Positions 49,561 through 64,000 of a stretch of DNA of 64,000 nucleotides are shown here, piece by piece (the stretch's first letter is position 1; every line of letters begins with the position of its first letter). The notes beneath the pieces are model-generated. The model saw only the letters and a list, made by a program, of their open reading frames with translations. It was not told the DNA's origin and did no database searches. The stretch is from NCBI GenBank assembly GCA_951406725.2, contig OX597815.1, positions 93,930,001 through 93,994,000 on the forward strand. The letters run 5' to 3'. The position numbers and the translations under genes are program-made. The stretch comes from Octopus vulgaris (Eukaryota).

Positions 49561-52500
49561 AGAAGGAGTAGAACTGAGGGAAATAGCTGTGTGCCAAGCA
49601 AGAGGTTAGAGTGTAATAGATGGAGAAATAGTTGTCTTACTAAAGAGGAGATACTGGCCACCCCAGCAGGAAAAGAGAGAGAAAGCTTCAAGAACTACAT
49701 TACCTAATGTGTCTTTCACTCTTTAAGAGGAAAGATTTAACAGTTATTTCTCGCAGGTCAAATGACCATTAGATAGCTCCCTGACTTAAATATTATAATC
49801 TCAAAGTTTTCTAAGGTAAGCATGGATTGGACAATTATGTATTTTACTATTTCTTTAAGCTATCTTATTTCTGCATCATCACAACCCTGATGAACTTATA
49901 TCTTTCTTATATTCCACTTTCCTGGGTCTATCTTTGCTCCAAGAACTTTTTACTACCAACCCAGAATGCTCCTTGCATAGCATACATCATGTTTGTTCAT
50001 TATAAAATATATCCATATTGACATTTAATCAACAACAAATCAAAAGCTGGGATCCCTAAGACAGTCCATCATTTTCATCCTGGCAACTCCTGTAATGATA
50101 TTGATGCCAAAATGTATTAACCCTTACCCTTTCCATGGACAATTTTGGTACAGAGTTGAAACCAGCCTTGACCTTGCCCACCTCAAAGCGGACACTAACT
50201 GTGTTCTACCAACAGAGATTTTCTAGGAGCAGATCTGTGGTCTTATGAGATATACAGATACCAAAGAGACTGATGTTGATGTTAAATTCCAGGATAAGCA
50301 TCCTGAGTGAACAGACTTGTGGTCAAAAGATTCCACTTACGATTGTCCTGTTTTTGCAGACATTCATTATCTGACAACATTATCCAGTGCCTTTCATTTT
50401 TAAAGATTGTGGGGTGAGAGTTGAAGGAGATTTAGCTTTTATGTTAAGCAATCACTTCATCAATTCACTCATACTGATTTAAGCTCACTTTCCAGTGTTT
50501 TTAATGCCCAGCTCCATTCTCAATAGTGAAAAACAAGCTCTGAAAATAGGCAGCATTGCCAAAATGAATAATAGCACATTCATTTTTTAAAAAATTTTTT
50601 TCTAGTGAAATAAAATACTAGACAAGATGATTTTAAATGGTTTTACTTAAAGTACTGTTTGTACAATTATGACTTTCAGTTTGAACGTATAGAATTCTAA
50701 TTCAAGTAAGAAACCTATTTAAACAACATTAAGGCTACAATCAGGTTAGATAAATAAACTATAATAAACATCTACTTCACATTTATCTTCTTTTACATTT
50801 TTGTATTTCAAGCATACTAGGTGTTGTCATGAATTGCCAAAGAGAAGAAAGATAGATAGAAAAAAAGAAAAAAAAAAAGAAATTGGTTAACGCTGAAAAC
50901 ATCTAGACTTTAGAAGTTATGTAACTATGCCTGTCTAGCAAGAGAAGAATTCTGGTAGGAAGAACTGTAAAGAAAATATGAAGGATGTAAGTAGGGAGCC
51001 TGGTTGTGTCAATAGTAGTGTCAGCTTACATCACATATAAAATAAATGAAAGAAAGTCAGAAGACTTTTTAAGTTAGTGTTCATGGTAAAGTAAGAAAAC
51101 TGGTGGAGTTGGGAGGCAAAGAGGGGCAAATCTACAAACAAAGCAGCAAACAACAATACGGCAAGCAATGATAAAACATCAAGGAATAGTCTAAAATGGT
51201 TATATAGTTGTTTCACTCATTTCCTTCCTACTCTAACAATCTGTTCAAGCCAATAAGTTTTCTAGCTGTCTTTACACATGCATACAGCTAACTTAAACTA
51301 TATGATATTCAGGAGGATATGAAAATGGTGTTGAACTTTAAAAGAAACTTCAAACCATGTGAAAACACAGCAAAACATCCAAGAGTATTCAGAAATAAAA
51401 AGACACCATCTTGGAACAACTATCAATGACTTTCATTACAAAAGTCACATGGTGTTTCTAAAATATACGTGTACGTCATATTTAGATGTACATTTACTTT
51501 ATAGAATTTTTCTGGCAGTCTATTTTAAATATCCTGGAAGATCAAAGATAAATACTATACTTTTATTTCTATTAAGACGCTCAAAAGCAATCAATATGAA
51601 TTATGATAAAAAAAAGCTTCAACAGCCTATTTTGCATGAAGAATGTTAGTCACACCTGGTCTAAAACTGATTTTATGAGAAGTCTGTAGATGTTATGTAA
51701 CTAGGTCGTCTAGCAACAGAGAATAAGTCTGATAGGGAAGAACTGTAAATGATATATGGAAATAGTGATGTCGGTTTGTCTCAAATTACACTGAAAGTGA
51801 ACAACTGAAAGAAAGTAAAGAAAGTGAAGTGCAGTTTGGTTACATATGGTCTATAACTGCTTTATCTAATTAGTAATTGTACAGATTCTTTATTTTCTGA
51901 TATAATAACAGAAAAAAGAAATTACCATGATTATATCTTGTATATATAACAAATACCCAACTCCACCGAAAAATCCGTCAAAGTGAATTATCAAATATAT
52001 TCAATAGTTTTGATATTTGGTGAGTCCAAGAGAATCATATAAATAGATTCCTATTGCAAACTAAAATCTCAGAACTTTTATGAACCATCTTTCCACTACC
52101 CATTCCACCCATACCGTCTCAATGAATAGTTTTAAGATAAGACAAAACTGCAGAGTCTAATTCAGCAATAGATAGCTGGTTGTTTAACTTTTGTTAACCT
52201 TGACTGAATAAACTTTTCATCGTAAGTTCCTCAGCCACGATTACTCCATTTATTTTATAGGTATCTAGGGTCGCATCTTCTTTGCAAACTTAATTTGCTG
52301 ACTAACTTAACACCATCACCTGAGTTCTGCTCTTCTTCCTCTCAATACTTTCTAAAAATAAATAAAGACAATGTTGGTGTGATTTGATTTGAGGGAATAG
52401 CAGGTCAAGTGACCAGACAAGGGCTCCCTAATTAATAGCTACTGGCAGTTCTGTTCTTTATAGCAACTCTATTAAGGATTTTTAACTTTGGAACACTTAC

Positions 52501-52954
52501 AAATTTGTAGGGTTGAGAGTCATTTGAATGGATCCACATCATACACCTGGTATTATTTTATACATCTGACAGTAATGAGGAGCAAATACAATACCAGCAG
52601 AATACTCGACTATTTTAATCAGTTTTTCTTATAAGCTTTGTTCTATGAATAAATGACTGTGCTACTTATTATTAACATAAGTAAAACAGAGACCAAGTTT
52701 CACAGAGAAACTTGTCTCATTGCAACTTTTCTGCTATGCATATCACTTATAAAAGGAATCAACAAAATGTGGGCAGGGAGGTATTTCAGAGGGTTGATAC
52801 TCTAGAAGGATTGTGTGGTGGTTAGTTTATCAACCTCAAGATGATAGAATTTTTTTTTTTGACCTCAAGACAATGGAATATTTTAAGTGGGATTTCATAC
52901 CAACTATTTAACAGTTGAAATCTATACAGTTCTTTCTTTTATTCTTTAACTTAT

Positions 52955-53300
52955 TTCATTCAGTCATTGGACTGTAGCCAAATTAATGCCTGTGCATATT
53001 TTTAGTCTAGTACTTTTTTGTATCAGCCTATTTATATCAAACCATTCAGTTACTGGGATGTAGACAAACCAACATTAGTCATCCAACAGTAAGAGAAACT
53101 TTTTTAAAAGATGCCCATGCATGCACACACCCACAGATGCAGTATCTATGATGGGCTTTTGCACAATTTCTGTCAACCAAAAAAACTCATCTACAAACAA
53201 GATATTGGTCAGTTCATGGCTAAAGTGGAAGTCTCTTGCTCAAGGAACTGAACCCAAAACTACATGGTTGAAAAGCGAACTTCTTAATCACAGGGCCATA
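52955..53300 (-). mobile_element. Decayed SINE family 1
   Basis: TTCAGTCATTGGACTGTAGCC tail; GAACTTCTTAATCACAGGGCCATACC head. Confidence 0.7.
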
Positions 53301-55429
53301 CCTGTTCTTATGTTTACAACAACTCCTTGCTTTGAATATCAACATTGTCTTTTTCACTAGTAATAAAAAGTTTTGTAGATGATAGAATAAACTTAATATA
53401 TTACTGGTACTTAATGGTAAGAACAATCAGTAACACTGACCCTGACAAAAATGAAAGAGTTGTACTATAAGTTAACCACTCAGTCTGGTTTTTTACTTTG
53501 GTTATCAACCATGAGCCAGTGAAGGAAGCTCTATGATTAAAGGTGAAAGAAAAGAAAATAAAGAAAAGAGTAAGGCAGGACAGGAGGAAATATTACAAAA
53601 GGAGGGGAGGAATAGTGAAGATGTGAGATGTCTATCAAGGAAGTGTACTCTGAGACCTCAGTAATACATTGAAACATAACTTGGTATCAAATTTTTAATG
53701 GTTTGGCTTAAAATATGAGGAAGATGTTATGTGAAGTTATTATGGGATGGTCATACCAACATGAAAAATGGTGATGATGATTAAGGTTTGATGGTTCTCA
53801 GCTGGCCGAAAAAAGAAAACAATCATAAAACCACAAACAGCTGTCAATAGATAGACTTTGAAGATAAAGGAGGAGCTAAATTTCTTTCAAATCAACTTAC
53901 TCTCTAGAAAAAGTGGGACAAATTGGATAACAGTCCTAGATGCAAGATAATGTAGTTCTGAAAGCAAGACTGGGATGAGCCAATGAAGAAGGCACTTGGT
54001 TGCTAGACCTGCTGAGAATCACTCAGATCACTGTATGATCTTGAAAACAGTTCTAAAAATAAGAGACAATCCAACAAAGAAACTAAGTGGCCACTTAATA
54101 CAAACAACAATCAACTTTCCCTCATATTGTACACTTCCATCTTGAATAAAGAAAAATACAAGGAATAATATAATCCTAGATGCTACTAAAAAGACAGGAT
54201 AGTCATGGCTGAAATGAATGCTTTTGATAACTCAACTCAATTTAAGGTTAATCGAGAGTTAAACAACATGATATTGCAACTGCCTTCCTCTCACACAAAA
54301 CATTTGCAAGGCCATATATTTTTGATGAGGAAAACTCCATTTTGAAATATCCAAAATTCCCAAGAGAAAACTAAAATTGTGTGTGTGTGTGTGTGTATAT
54401 ACATACACACACACATACATACATAATTTCAAAAGGTGTCTACTTATGAGCTCCCCGCCACCACCACCATTCACTTTACACAATCCATACATAAGCAATG
54501 TTATTGGTGGCACTGTGATTACCAACATTTGTAAGATTTTAAATATACTATTGCTGTAGAATGAATGACTGACTGCCAAGTTACATGTTGTCTGACTATG
54601 AACTAGGATCCACTCCAAGTGAGGAATTTCTAAAAACCACCACACTTACTACCCACCTGCAACCATCTCAACTAAGTAAGAAAGGTTTCGAAAAGGAGGT
54701 AGTGAGAGATAAATCAGGTATCTCTCATTACAAGATGAGATACAAAGAGAGATTAAGAGACCAAACACTAATGTAATTGGCATTAGTTTATAGATCAGAG
54801 TACTGAGTAATGTAGAGAAAGTGGGAGGGAGATGTTGAGAATGTGTGGGGGAGGAGATAGAAAACAGGGAAAGCAAAAAGGTGGAAGAGAGCGAAAGAGA
54901 GAAGGAAGAATAGAGGAAAATACTCTATATTCTCCCCCACCCCCCCCAACAACTGGAATAGCAAAGACATGAGATGTATATTAGTGGTGTACTCTTTGAC
55001 TTAAGTTGAGGAACCACTTTAAAAAAACAAAAATGATCACTTGAAAGCAAGTTTTAAATGGTTTGGACATCTTGTAAAGTCATTAAGGATTGATGATTCT
55101 CAGCTGGTAAAAAAAAGAAGAAAAAAACAGAGAACAAAACTTAAACATCTGCTAATAAATACTTTGTAGCATTTGAGAGGAGATACCTATAATTAGTGTA
55201 AACTAGTGGTTGTTTGACCTGCTAAAAATAGCAGCCACCCTACCCACTCAAATCACTATCATCTTTGAAAGAAAAAAGATAGACACATTGGATTATGTAA
55301 TCCTTAGTCCTTGTTACAAGATAATGTAGTCCTGAAAACAAGATGTAGTGTGACACTGAAGGAGCCTCTCTGTCGTCATTAAACCTGTTAGAAACAGCAG
55401 CCAAATCTGCCTCATGTAACATCAAACCA

Positions 55430-55720
55430 TCATGAACAAGGTATACCAGTTGGATGATATAGTCATTATACTTATTACCTTGTAGCACTGCCAGGTCAAG
55501 GAATTCAAGAAATTGTCCATAATCCCCAATCTGAAAGTCCTCCAGAGAACAATACTGATATTGTCTTTGTCAATTATCAGCATTGCTCCTCGGCCATTGT
55601 TAGTCATATCCTCTCCTAAATCTCTATAACAATGATGGTTTTTCATACTGATACAAGGCCACATATTTACATAAAGCTGACTCACTACACCATTGGTCCT
55701 TATCAGTTCTAAAACAGTAA
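55430..55720 (-). mobile_element. Old CR1-group LINE fragment
   Basis: RDLGEDMTN and LWRTFR resemble the C-terminal region of the LINE at 23.7-23.9 kb. Confidence 0.45.
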
Positions 55721-55741
55721 AAAGCAAAACTGAAGGAGAGG

Positions 55742-56060
55742 ATCATCATCATTTAACATCTGTTTTCCAAGCTAGCATGGATTGGATGGTTTGACAGGAG
55801 CTGACCAGCTGAAGAGCTGTTCAGGCTCCCCCATCTGTTTTGGCATGGTTTCTATGGCTGGATGCCCTTCCTAATGCCATCCACTTTACAGAGTGTACTG
55901 AATGCTTTTATGCAGCATTGGCATGGGTGCTTTTTTACATAGCACCAGCACTTATGAGCATGCAAAGGCAACCACACTTTTACTTAGCCTCACATGTCTT
56001 TTCAAGTACAGCAAACTGCCAGGAGTCTTGGTCCCTTGTCATCCCCTCTGTGAGTCCCAA
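55742..56060 (-). mobile_element. RTE tail copy
   Basis: (CAT)n TTAACATCTG..GCTAGCATGG...GGCTGGATGCCCTTCCTAATGCC. Confidence 0.8.
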
Positions 56061-56859
56061 CGCCTGATCTAAACTTAAAATGTGAAGGAATGTAAATAAA
56101 TATAGCAAGGAATATAGAAGAAATGTAACTAAATGTAGGATAGTTTCTTTCTTGTCCATTCCTTACTCGTTGCTGCTTTAATATTTCTTTAAAACTAGCA
56201 AATTAGGTTTTAAAGCCTTTTCCAGAAATTCCCCCACACACACACACACACAAAGGAGAAAAAAAATTTAAAGAAAAGGAGTCTAACCAAATTTTAGTAT
56301 TTTGAGAAAAAGGGATTTATGATTCTGTAAAACAAAACTCAACTCAAGTACCATTCCACACACTACACTCGCCTCAAAACTCTTTTCATAGAGCACAACA
56401 TCTCCAATTGTATTAAAAGAAAAAAAAAAAGAAAAAAAAAAAAGCAACTACAATTGCACTTAGAATAATTTTATGTATATAACATCTAAAATATTCATCT
56501 CCAATATCCTCGCTTATACTGACAATTTTGCACCAGTTGACACAGGACAAAGAAGATACTCGAAGTTGAGGACATTTCTATTAAAACATTTTTATTTTGT
56601 AGTTCTTAATGTTTTATTCTTTTATTTGCTGGGTTTTATTAAATAAGCACCATTAATATATTAGAGTCATTTAATCCACTTTAATAAAAATTGACCATGT
56701 GATCATGTAGAAATTATTCCTTTGTCTGCTGTAGAAAAATTAAATATACTAAAAAGTCAATATTTTATATTAAGTGGAGGGGGGAGACAGTTCATTTCCT
56801 GATCATGTGGCTTTCAGGTTCATTCTCACTGTAAAGTACTTGGACAAGAGCCATTGACT

Positions 56860-57400
56860 ATCATACAGCATTTCTTCCATCACTTTATGCTCTGAGTTCA
56901 AATTCCACTGAGGTCAGCTTTGCCTTTCATCCTTTTCAAGTTGATAAAATAAAACCCCTTCCTAAAACTGATAGCCCTGTGCCAAAAATTTGAAACAGTT
57001 ACTATCATTATTATTACTCAAGGTGAAGAACTGGCAGAATCGATAGTGCAGTCAAAATGCTTAGCAGCATTTCTTCCAGCTCTTTACATTCTGAGTTCTA
57101 ATTTCAACAAGGTCTGTCTTGCTTTTCATCCTTTTGTGGGTCGGTAGAAACCAGTTGAGTATTGGGGTTAGTGTAATCGACTTACTCTACCTTCTATTAG
57201 GATAGCTGACCTTGAGATAAAATTAAAAATAATTTTTGTTTTATTACTATTATTATTAGCATTGTTATGAGGGTAGTGAGTTGGCATGAAAGAAATGAGT
57301 GTGAACTCTGAGTTCAAATTCTGCCAATGTCAATAAAAATTACTAAGGTTATTGGTGAACCCCTCGAACTTACTGGCCTTGTGCCTAAATTAAAAATTAT
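56860..57400 (+). mobile_element. Cluster of three SINE family 2 copies with (ATT)n tails
   Basis: Repeated CTGAGTTC(A/T)AATT B-box (56891, 57091, 57308); GC(C/T)TTTCATCCTTTT core in the first two. Confidence 0.75.
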
Positions 57401-59745
57401 CATTTGCCTCATCAGCTCACAGAGAAGATTGGGTCTTTAGATTCTACCTTTCTCATGTATTTCAATCCTTCTTCACAACCTTGATTGTAACCTCACTTTG
57501 TTAGAACAAATTCTTTTATTTTCATTTAATACCAGATACTGCAAGTGAGAGATGTCAGCTGTCTCGAACAATGCATATGTATTAGAATGACTATATATAT
57601 ATATGAAAGAGAGTGAGTGTGTGTGTGTGTTTTATTCATTACTAAAGCAGAATATAACCAAACTAAAAATATTCAGAATGTTTATACCATACATTCAGAT
57701 AGGTATATAGTTTTCAAATGTTACTTATCAGAAAAACAAAAAACTCAACTTGTACTTAAGATAACATAAAACAAGCAACTGTGTTGATGAATTTTAGAAC
57801 TATCTTGAGAAACTACGAATAAAGTGTCAGGTTTACTGAAATCTGTTTTTAGACAGTGATTAAGGGCTTATTGAATTTAGATAAGGAACTGAAAACTAAA
57901 ATACAATAACACAGTTGAAAGAATAAGAAAGAAAAGCAAATTCTCAAAAACTAAATAACAGAGAATAAAAATGTGCAGGCAGTAGCCAAGCAATTCATAA
58001 GTTAAACAGAGATGATATATGGATAAGTGGATGATGTACTGAATCTTCTAGTTGATGGAATATTTGAATTCATATCCTCTGCATAGATTGTGCAATGTTA
58101 TAGGGAACAAAACAATTTTTTTTATTCATTTTATCTCCTACATCCTCCCAGAGTTGATAAACCATCAGTAAACTGATGTGAACTGCCAGTTCACTGGCAA
58201 AGTAAGATAGTGAATTGGTATAGTGGTTAAAGTGCCTTCTGGAATTAATTCTGGCTTTCTTCACTAAGTTCAAATACTATTGAGGTTGATATTGCCTTTC
58301 ATTCTTTCGGGATTAATAAATAAAGTGTCCATTCAGAATGGTAGCTTGAGGTATTGTTAGCCTGTTGGCCAAGTTGTGGTGTCTGCACTGGCTGTGTCAG
58401 GAATTAAAATTCTACCTCCTATCATTACTCTCTTTGTGGAGGGAAACAGAGTCCTTGAGACTTAGCTAACAGTGATAGGTCTCTAATGTCAGTGCAAAGT
58501 ATTGATTGAAACCACATGTTGGTTAGATCAATGCAAAAACGGTTGGATCCTGCACTAGGTGTGATAAAAACAAGGAAGAAAACAAAAACTTGAGGCAACT
58601 GAACTTATTCTATCTCCTCACTAAATAAAATCTGTAGCCACAAATAAATGTTAGAAAGAATCATAATCTTCATTGTATGTATGATGAATAACAAGGAAAA
58701 AATTTTGTGGAAAATTTCTGGCACAAATCGAGAAACTATATATTTAGTTTCTTTCTCAATCTCCCACTCACCAATCATGGACATGAAAAACAATTTAGTG
58801 CTTTGTGCAAACAGTAGAGCTTCTAGCTAAGTGTATTTAGCGTTAGATACACTATGATGATGATGCTCAGGACTGAGAAAAATTTTGGTATAAAAAAAAA
58901 GAAAAAAGAAGAATGTTTGATTAGAGGGCAGGGGCACTAAATCACAACTTAGTGCCTATTTTTCACAAATTTGCTGGGTCTGCATATATTTCAAATTATT
59001 TCTCATTGACTGAATTACCCATGCTCCAAAGCCTTCTTTTCACTTAACTTAAAAATGTCTTGCTTACAGACTAACTGGTATTGACCCAAAAGGCAAAAGA
59101 TATTTAAAAAAAAATGTTGGCTACTAAAGTGGGCAGCATATTTTACTGGGAACGTTTTGAGGAATACACTGTTGTCTTTACAGAGCCCCTTTATGAATAA
59201 GCAGGAATCTCATTAACATGATTCAACTGTTAGGCTCTTCTCTCAATTCATCATTTCTATGTCACCAGAACACAAATACTATGAAGGTGAGACTATAGCT
59301 ATCAGGTTTCCACAGAGGTTCTATTCTAACAACCTTTGTATAAATAACACAGAGACAAAATGAGATACTACACAGTTATTAGATCTGCTAAAAGAAGTAG
59401 CCAAAACTCCCTCAAATCACACAAAAAAAAATCAATAAATAAATAAATGGACACACTGAATGTTGTCCAAGATATTGAGAGCTTGAACAACTGTTACAAT
59501 AACTATGTTTAATACATATCTTGATTTTGGTATCTAAATTGTCTCAAAAACTTTATAATATCATGTAATGTACTCAGCCCTAATTTTAATATTGATTTTT
59601 AGGTGCAGAAAAAAATATTGAAAAATAATATAATTCATGGAGTTTTATGATAATTCTAGTTTTCTAACATTTCAAAATAATGTAAAAGGAATAAAATAAA
59701 ATAGGTCACAAGAATCTTATTAAATTCTTTACAAGTTTTACTTAC

Positions 59746-59800
59746 CAATGATAGAGGCTGGACGAGATTTTCTTGTATCCCAAAACAACACTCTCCCATC
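59746..59800 (-). CDS. WDR77: WDR77/MEP50 coding exon (55 nt, phase 0-1); upstream exons appear to lie beyond the window
   Basis: TTTCTTTTAAAG| GAT GGG AGA...ATT G|GTAAGT; DGRVLFWDTRKSRPASII matches MEP50 D.R.L.WDTR..PAS.I; phase fits the next exon. Confidence 0.92.
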
Positions 59801-62719
59801 CTTTAAAAGAAAGAAAAAAGATTAGTTAATAAATGACAAAATGAAAGTCGAACAGAACTTTATCAAAAAGGTAACAACTGAATTTGGTCTGATAGTTACA
59901 TTTTTTTGAAACAAGAAATAACCCCACATCATTTAACAATCACAATGGTTGCTCAGTAGAACATTCTATGCATGGCCATTCTGCCTTTTTGGATGTAGTT
60001 TATCTCAGACAACATTATCCAGTTTGTCTTTTTCTTTTTAATACGGTAGGATGTGATCTGAAAAAGATTTGATTGCTATTTCTAGGTCAAACAACCATAT
60101 AATAGCTTTGCTCTTGACTCAACATGGAAAAGTATTTCCATCAGCTAGTCCTTTAAGATCAAATTCTTGAATGACAAACCTAAAAGAGTCCCATTGTCAG
60201 AAAGACAAAAGCTTTAAAATTGCTGATTTTTTTTTCATTAAGTTCTCAGCAGAACTTTCCTAAAGCAACTGCTGCAGTGTTAATCAATCAACTTGATCTC
60301 TAGTTTTAACTGAAGAATAAAAGGCATTTTTAATTTGTCCAAGGCTAACTCTGTCATCAAACTGTCTTGTTTTAATTAAAATTCTTCACATAACATACCC
60401 AACATACTTTGGTTGAAACATTTATGTCACCAGTCAAGGAATTGTACTTTACGCTGTAGATTGACACCAACCAATATTCACCACGACAGACATCTAATTG
60501 AGTGGAAAGGGGAGAAGGAAGGACAGCAGCCAAGATCTTTTTAAACTCTCCTAGATTGTTGTTCAACCACAGGTCAGACCTGATCAAAGCAAGCCAGCCA
60601 ACTTTTTTTTTTTTTTTATTGGTGATAATGTTGCTAAAACTATATGTATCAAAGTGGTCTTTTTTGTTTAACAAGGTAGGATGTGATTTGAATGACATTT
60701 GGCAGTTATTTTTATCAGCTTTGGCAACCATTTTGTACCAGGAGTACATTGCAAGCATATCAGAAATTAGAGCGGCAAGTGGTTGGGTGGGGGTTCTGTA
60801 CAACGAAAGATACAGATATGTACCATAACTGTTTTGTCGTAGTGTTTAGACTTTCATTCATATGGGTTTTAAGGGAGGATCAGCAATTGGTTTCAAATTT
60901 GACATTGGGTGAAACATCACCTGTGGACAACATGGTCCTCACTCTTGATATTGATATAGGTTTCCTTGTAGTTGGAAATCAGTTTCTACTGCCTATAGAA
61001 GAGCTGTAAGTAGAGCAGGAGTTCTAGAAGCTGTTGCTTTGAGGAAGAAGAATTGAACATAAAAATTTTAGTACTGGATTTGGTGAGCAACAGTCAGGAC
61101 AAGGAGAGAAAAGGTGTGTGAATTTCAAGGGAATGAGGAGTGGTAGAGAACCTAGTGTTATAGTCTATTCATTTGTGAGTCTTTGTCAATCAGTTGGATG
61201 AACTGCTTTCGAAAGTGGTCTATAATAATTTTGTGCATAACATCAGAATAATCCTTTATATGTAAACACTATTGTAGTGTAAGTCACGATCGCTTTAAGA
61301 TACTTTGATAGGTTTCAGCCAGTATTGGCCCAGGCCATGTCTAACTTCATAGCACTACCTGGCGGTCAGTCATTAATTAGAAATGAAGTAAGTTTTGTCC
61401 TTGAAGCTTATCCTTTCAGATGCAGTCTTTGCTATGTATTTTCTGTCCATGCTGCAACCTACTTCACTGAATCAATTAATTTAACAGATTGAGTGATTAA
61501 GGATGATTCTTTTCAAGTATTAATTATTGAACTACTTTTCTATTTCAAAAGACTATTTCTTGCTGACAAAGTATACTAAAAGAATTAAACTATACCTTTA
61601 TAGGTAACATGAAAGCAAATTAATAAAACATTGGTCATTTTACTTATCAGAATAAAGGAAATATTTGTATGCACCAGTGGCTTGACAGAAATTAAAATAT
61701 AATTGAAATCTCTTTCATCTATTTCTTTTAATAAATTGGCATTTTACATAAGATTTGAAACTGTTGGGAAGATAGAAAAAAAAAGTTGTTACCTATTTAT
61801 TTCTCAAGATCAGGAAACCAATCATTCTTAGTGACTTAAAATATTTTACAGTAAGACACTGAATATATACAATTCCATTTTAATAGTAAAACATTTGTTT
61901 ACCAGTTTCTGACATTTTTTTTAATTGTAATATAATTAATTCACAGTAACTATGACAGATTATATAAGTACCTATTAGAGAAATGAATTATATGTGAGGC
62001 TTTTCTAACAGTCTGTTACTGTTTCCCATTGAAAATCTTTCTTACCTATTTAGTTATTTATAGCTTTCAGTGTCACAAACACTCGAGGTTACTTATCAAA
62101 TATAAAATTACCAACATTGCTAGACAGTCATCCCACCTTAGCCTCCTCATCTGCTAACCTGATCTAATTATCGTTTGATATGTACTAAAAAAAACTATGT
62201 CCTCCACAGAATATTTATAGAAAGTAGTTCCATAGTGTTTTTCTTTTTATATATCCACCCAATGTGTTGCCACACTGTACACTTTTTATTAATGTGACAG
62301 AGAGGTTGCTCTAATCAGCACATCACTGTTTGACTTTGGAAGACTATCATTGTTAGCTGGGTTCTAAAAGACTTGTTTCCCCATCACAAGGAGGCTAGTG
62401 ACAACAGATGGAATTTGAACCCTGGATGCAAAGACCTGAAACAGATTAATGTCATCCTGTCCAATGCTCTAAAAGTTCTGCCAATACATCACCCTAGATT
62501 AGAACCTCAAAAGGGCTTCTATCCAATGCTCTAATGTCAGCCAATTCCCATCCTCAGGACCACACAGTTTATACTTCAAAGTTTTAACTCTCAATATTCA
62601 GTTAAATTAATTACTACATCATCATTACTGTAATTATTATCATTAACTGTTGTTTAAGACTGACACCATTTCTATTAATCAACTTTGGTGTTATGTTCTT
62701 AAAATATATGGACATATAT

Positions 62720-62870
62720 TCTTTTACTAGTTGCAGTCATAGGACTATGGCCATGCTTGGGATCTGTGTTTAAGGGTTTTTAGTCCGTTATAAGCCATCT
62801 CAGTACTTATTTTATCTATCTGTTTATCAAATTGCTATTTACACTGATAAAACACACATACCTGCACACA
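62720..62870 (-). mobile_element. SINE family 1 3' half
   Basis: Minus strand CCCAAGCATGGCCATAGTCCTATGACTGCAACTAGTAAAAG. Confidence 0.7.
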
Positions 62871-63532
62871 CATTATGAGTGAGATTTGCAAAGAAGGAAA
62901 ATAGTTTTTATTCAATTCTCAATCAAGAAAAGTTTATATGCTAAACTATGACATATTGTTACAGTTTGATAAATACTTTCTTGTAATATACATTTCTGAA
63001 AATCAATAATAAAAAAAATCAGAGATATTTTCACAAGTACAGACTTGCAGGATCTTACATGGAATAATTACATAGCAGATAACCTGTAGATACTTCTTGT
63101 AAATTGTAAAACAATACAGAAGTGGGATAACTATGAATATTATAATTTTAGCTCGACTTATACTACTTAACACTTTATTGTATGAAGTTATTGTCCTCAT
63201 ACCTTTAGTAATGTGTATATCTATAACTGGTAGTGGTGGGAAGGTTATTGTTGTATGTGCATGAAAGCTGTATGTGGAAGTAGAAGGAAGAGCATTAGAA
63301 AAATACTTTAGAGAATGTTTTTCAGTATCAGATTGCAAAACTATGAGGAAGGGTGGAAGTAGGGGTGCTTCCCAAAGTATTTAAAAAAAAAAAAGAAGTC
63401 AACTTACAAATACTTTAGATTATTAAATATGGACTAGAAAATACTACTTTGGGAATTTGTACATATACTATTTATAACATAAAAATATACTATTACATCA
63501 GTATAGAACTGTTTATTTCAAAAGTATACTTG

Positions 63533-63534
<2 letters not shown>

Positions 63535-63572
<38 letters not shown>
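63535..63572. repeat. (TA)n microsatellite
   Basis: Direct reading. Confidence 0.95.
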
Positions 63573-63576
<4 letters not shown>

Positions 63577-64000
63577 TGAAGAAACTATGCCAAAGGCAAC
63601 ACTAAAGTATGATGCAGTCCTTGTACCCGTTGGGTACTGTCAAACTGTCCAACCTATGCCAGCATGGAACATAGATGTTAAATTATGAAAGAAATTGTAA
63701 CAGAAGCATCAAATACTAAAGCTTCTACAAACAATGCATGTCTCTAGACACAGGACAAAAACTACTAAATTTCTCGTAAAGCAGATGATATTAAAATGTC
63801 TGAGAAATTTTTGATATTGGTTAAGTAGCTAACTTCAACAATCATTAAAAATGAGATACTAAGTGTAAAATTACATAACCATAAAAACATGTTCTTACAA
63901 ATGTATGCATAAAAAAAATCTAGGAATTGATATAGCCTACATTTTTTGTTGCTGTGTATGATGGGATTAGAATACAAGACTGTCATAGAATATATTTATA

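Noticed and set aside
60372-61009. Overlapping 105-143 aa ORFs in a WDR77 intron, possible extra exons
   Set aside because: Run through a copy of the dispersed repeat and a T-run; no WD40 similarity; no exon matching the expected upstream MEP50 segment found in 59.8-64 kb

Overview
AT-rich, microsatellite-laden, intron-containing eukaryotic (animal) DNA; the repeat repertoire (RTE and CR1-group LINEs, two tRNA-derived SINE families, mariners, long (TA)n tracts) is most consistent with an octopod cephalopod (inference, not verified). Two minus-strand host genes are visible. (1) The last four coding exons of a WD40 protein recognisable as WDR77/MEP50 (59800-59746, 49078-48892, 48066-47989, 43967-43715), with GT-AG junctions and compatible phases. 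(2) The 5' end of an unidentified gene: first coding exon 501-159, with candidate 5'UTR exons and a CpG-rich promoter at about 11.3-12.8 kb. The ~30 kb between them is a transposon graveyard: RTE, CR1-group and L1/Tx1 LINEs, two mariners, a pogo-like element, two solo LTRs, a Helitron-like element, MITEs and SINEs, many nested and chained through (TA)n microsatellites. I found no prokaryotic features, CRISPR array or intact RNA gene, and no convincingly new biological system. The best leads are a SINE/LINE pair sharing a 3' tail, a 26-bp minisatellite with higher-order structure derived from an RTE 3'UTR hairpin module, a PHD-like finger inside the RTE ORF, and several near-perfect inverted repeats that could form dsRNA. 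Boundaries of decayed repeats are approximate and were read by eye.
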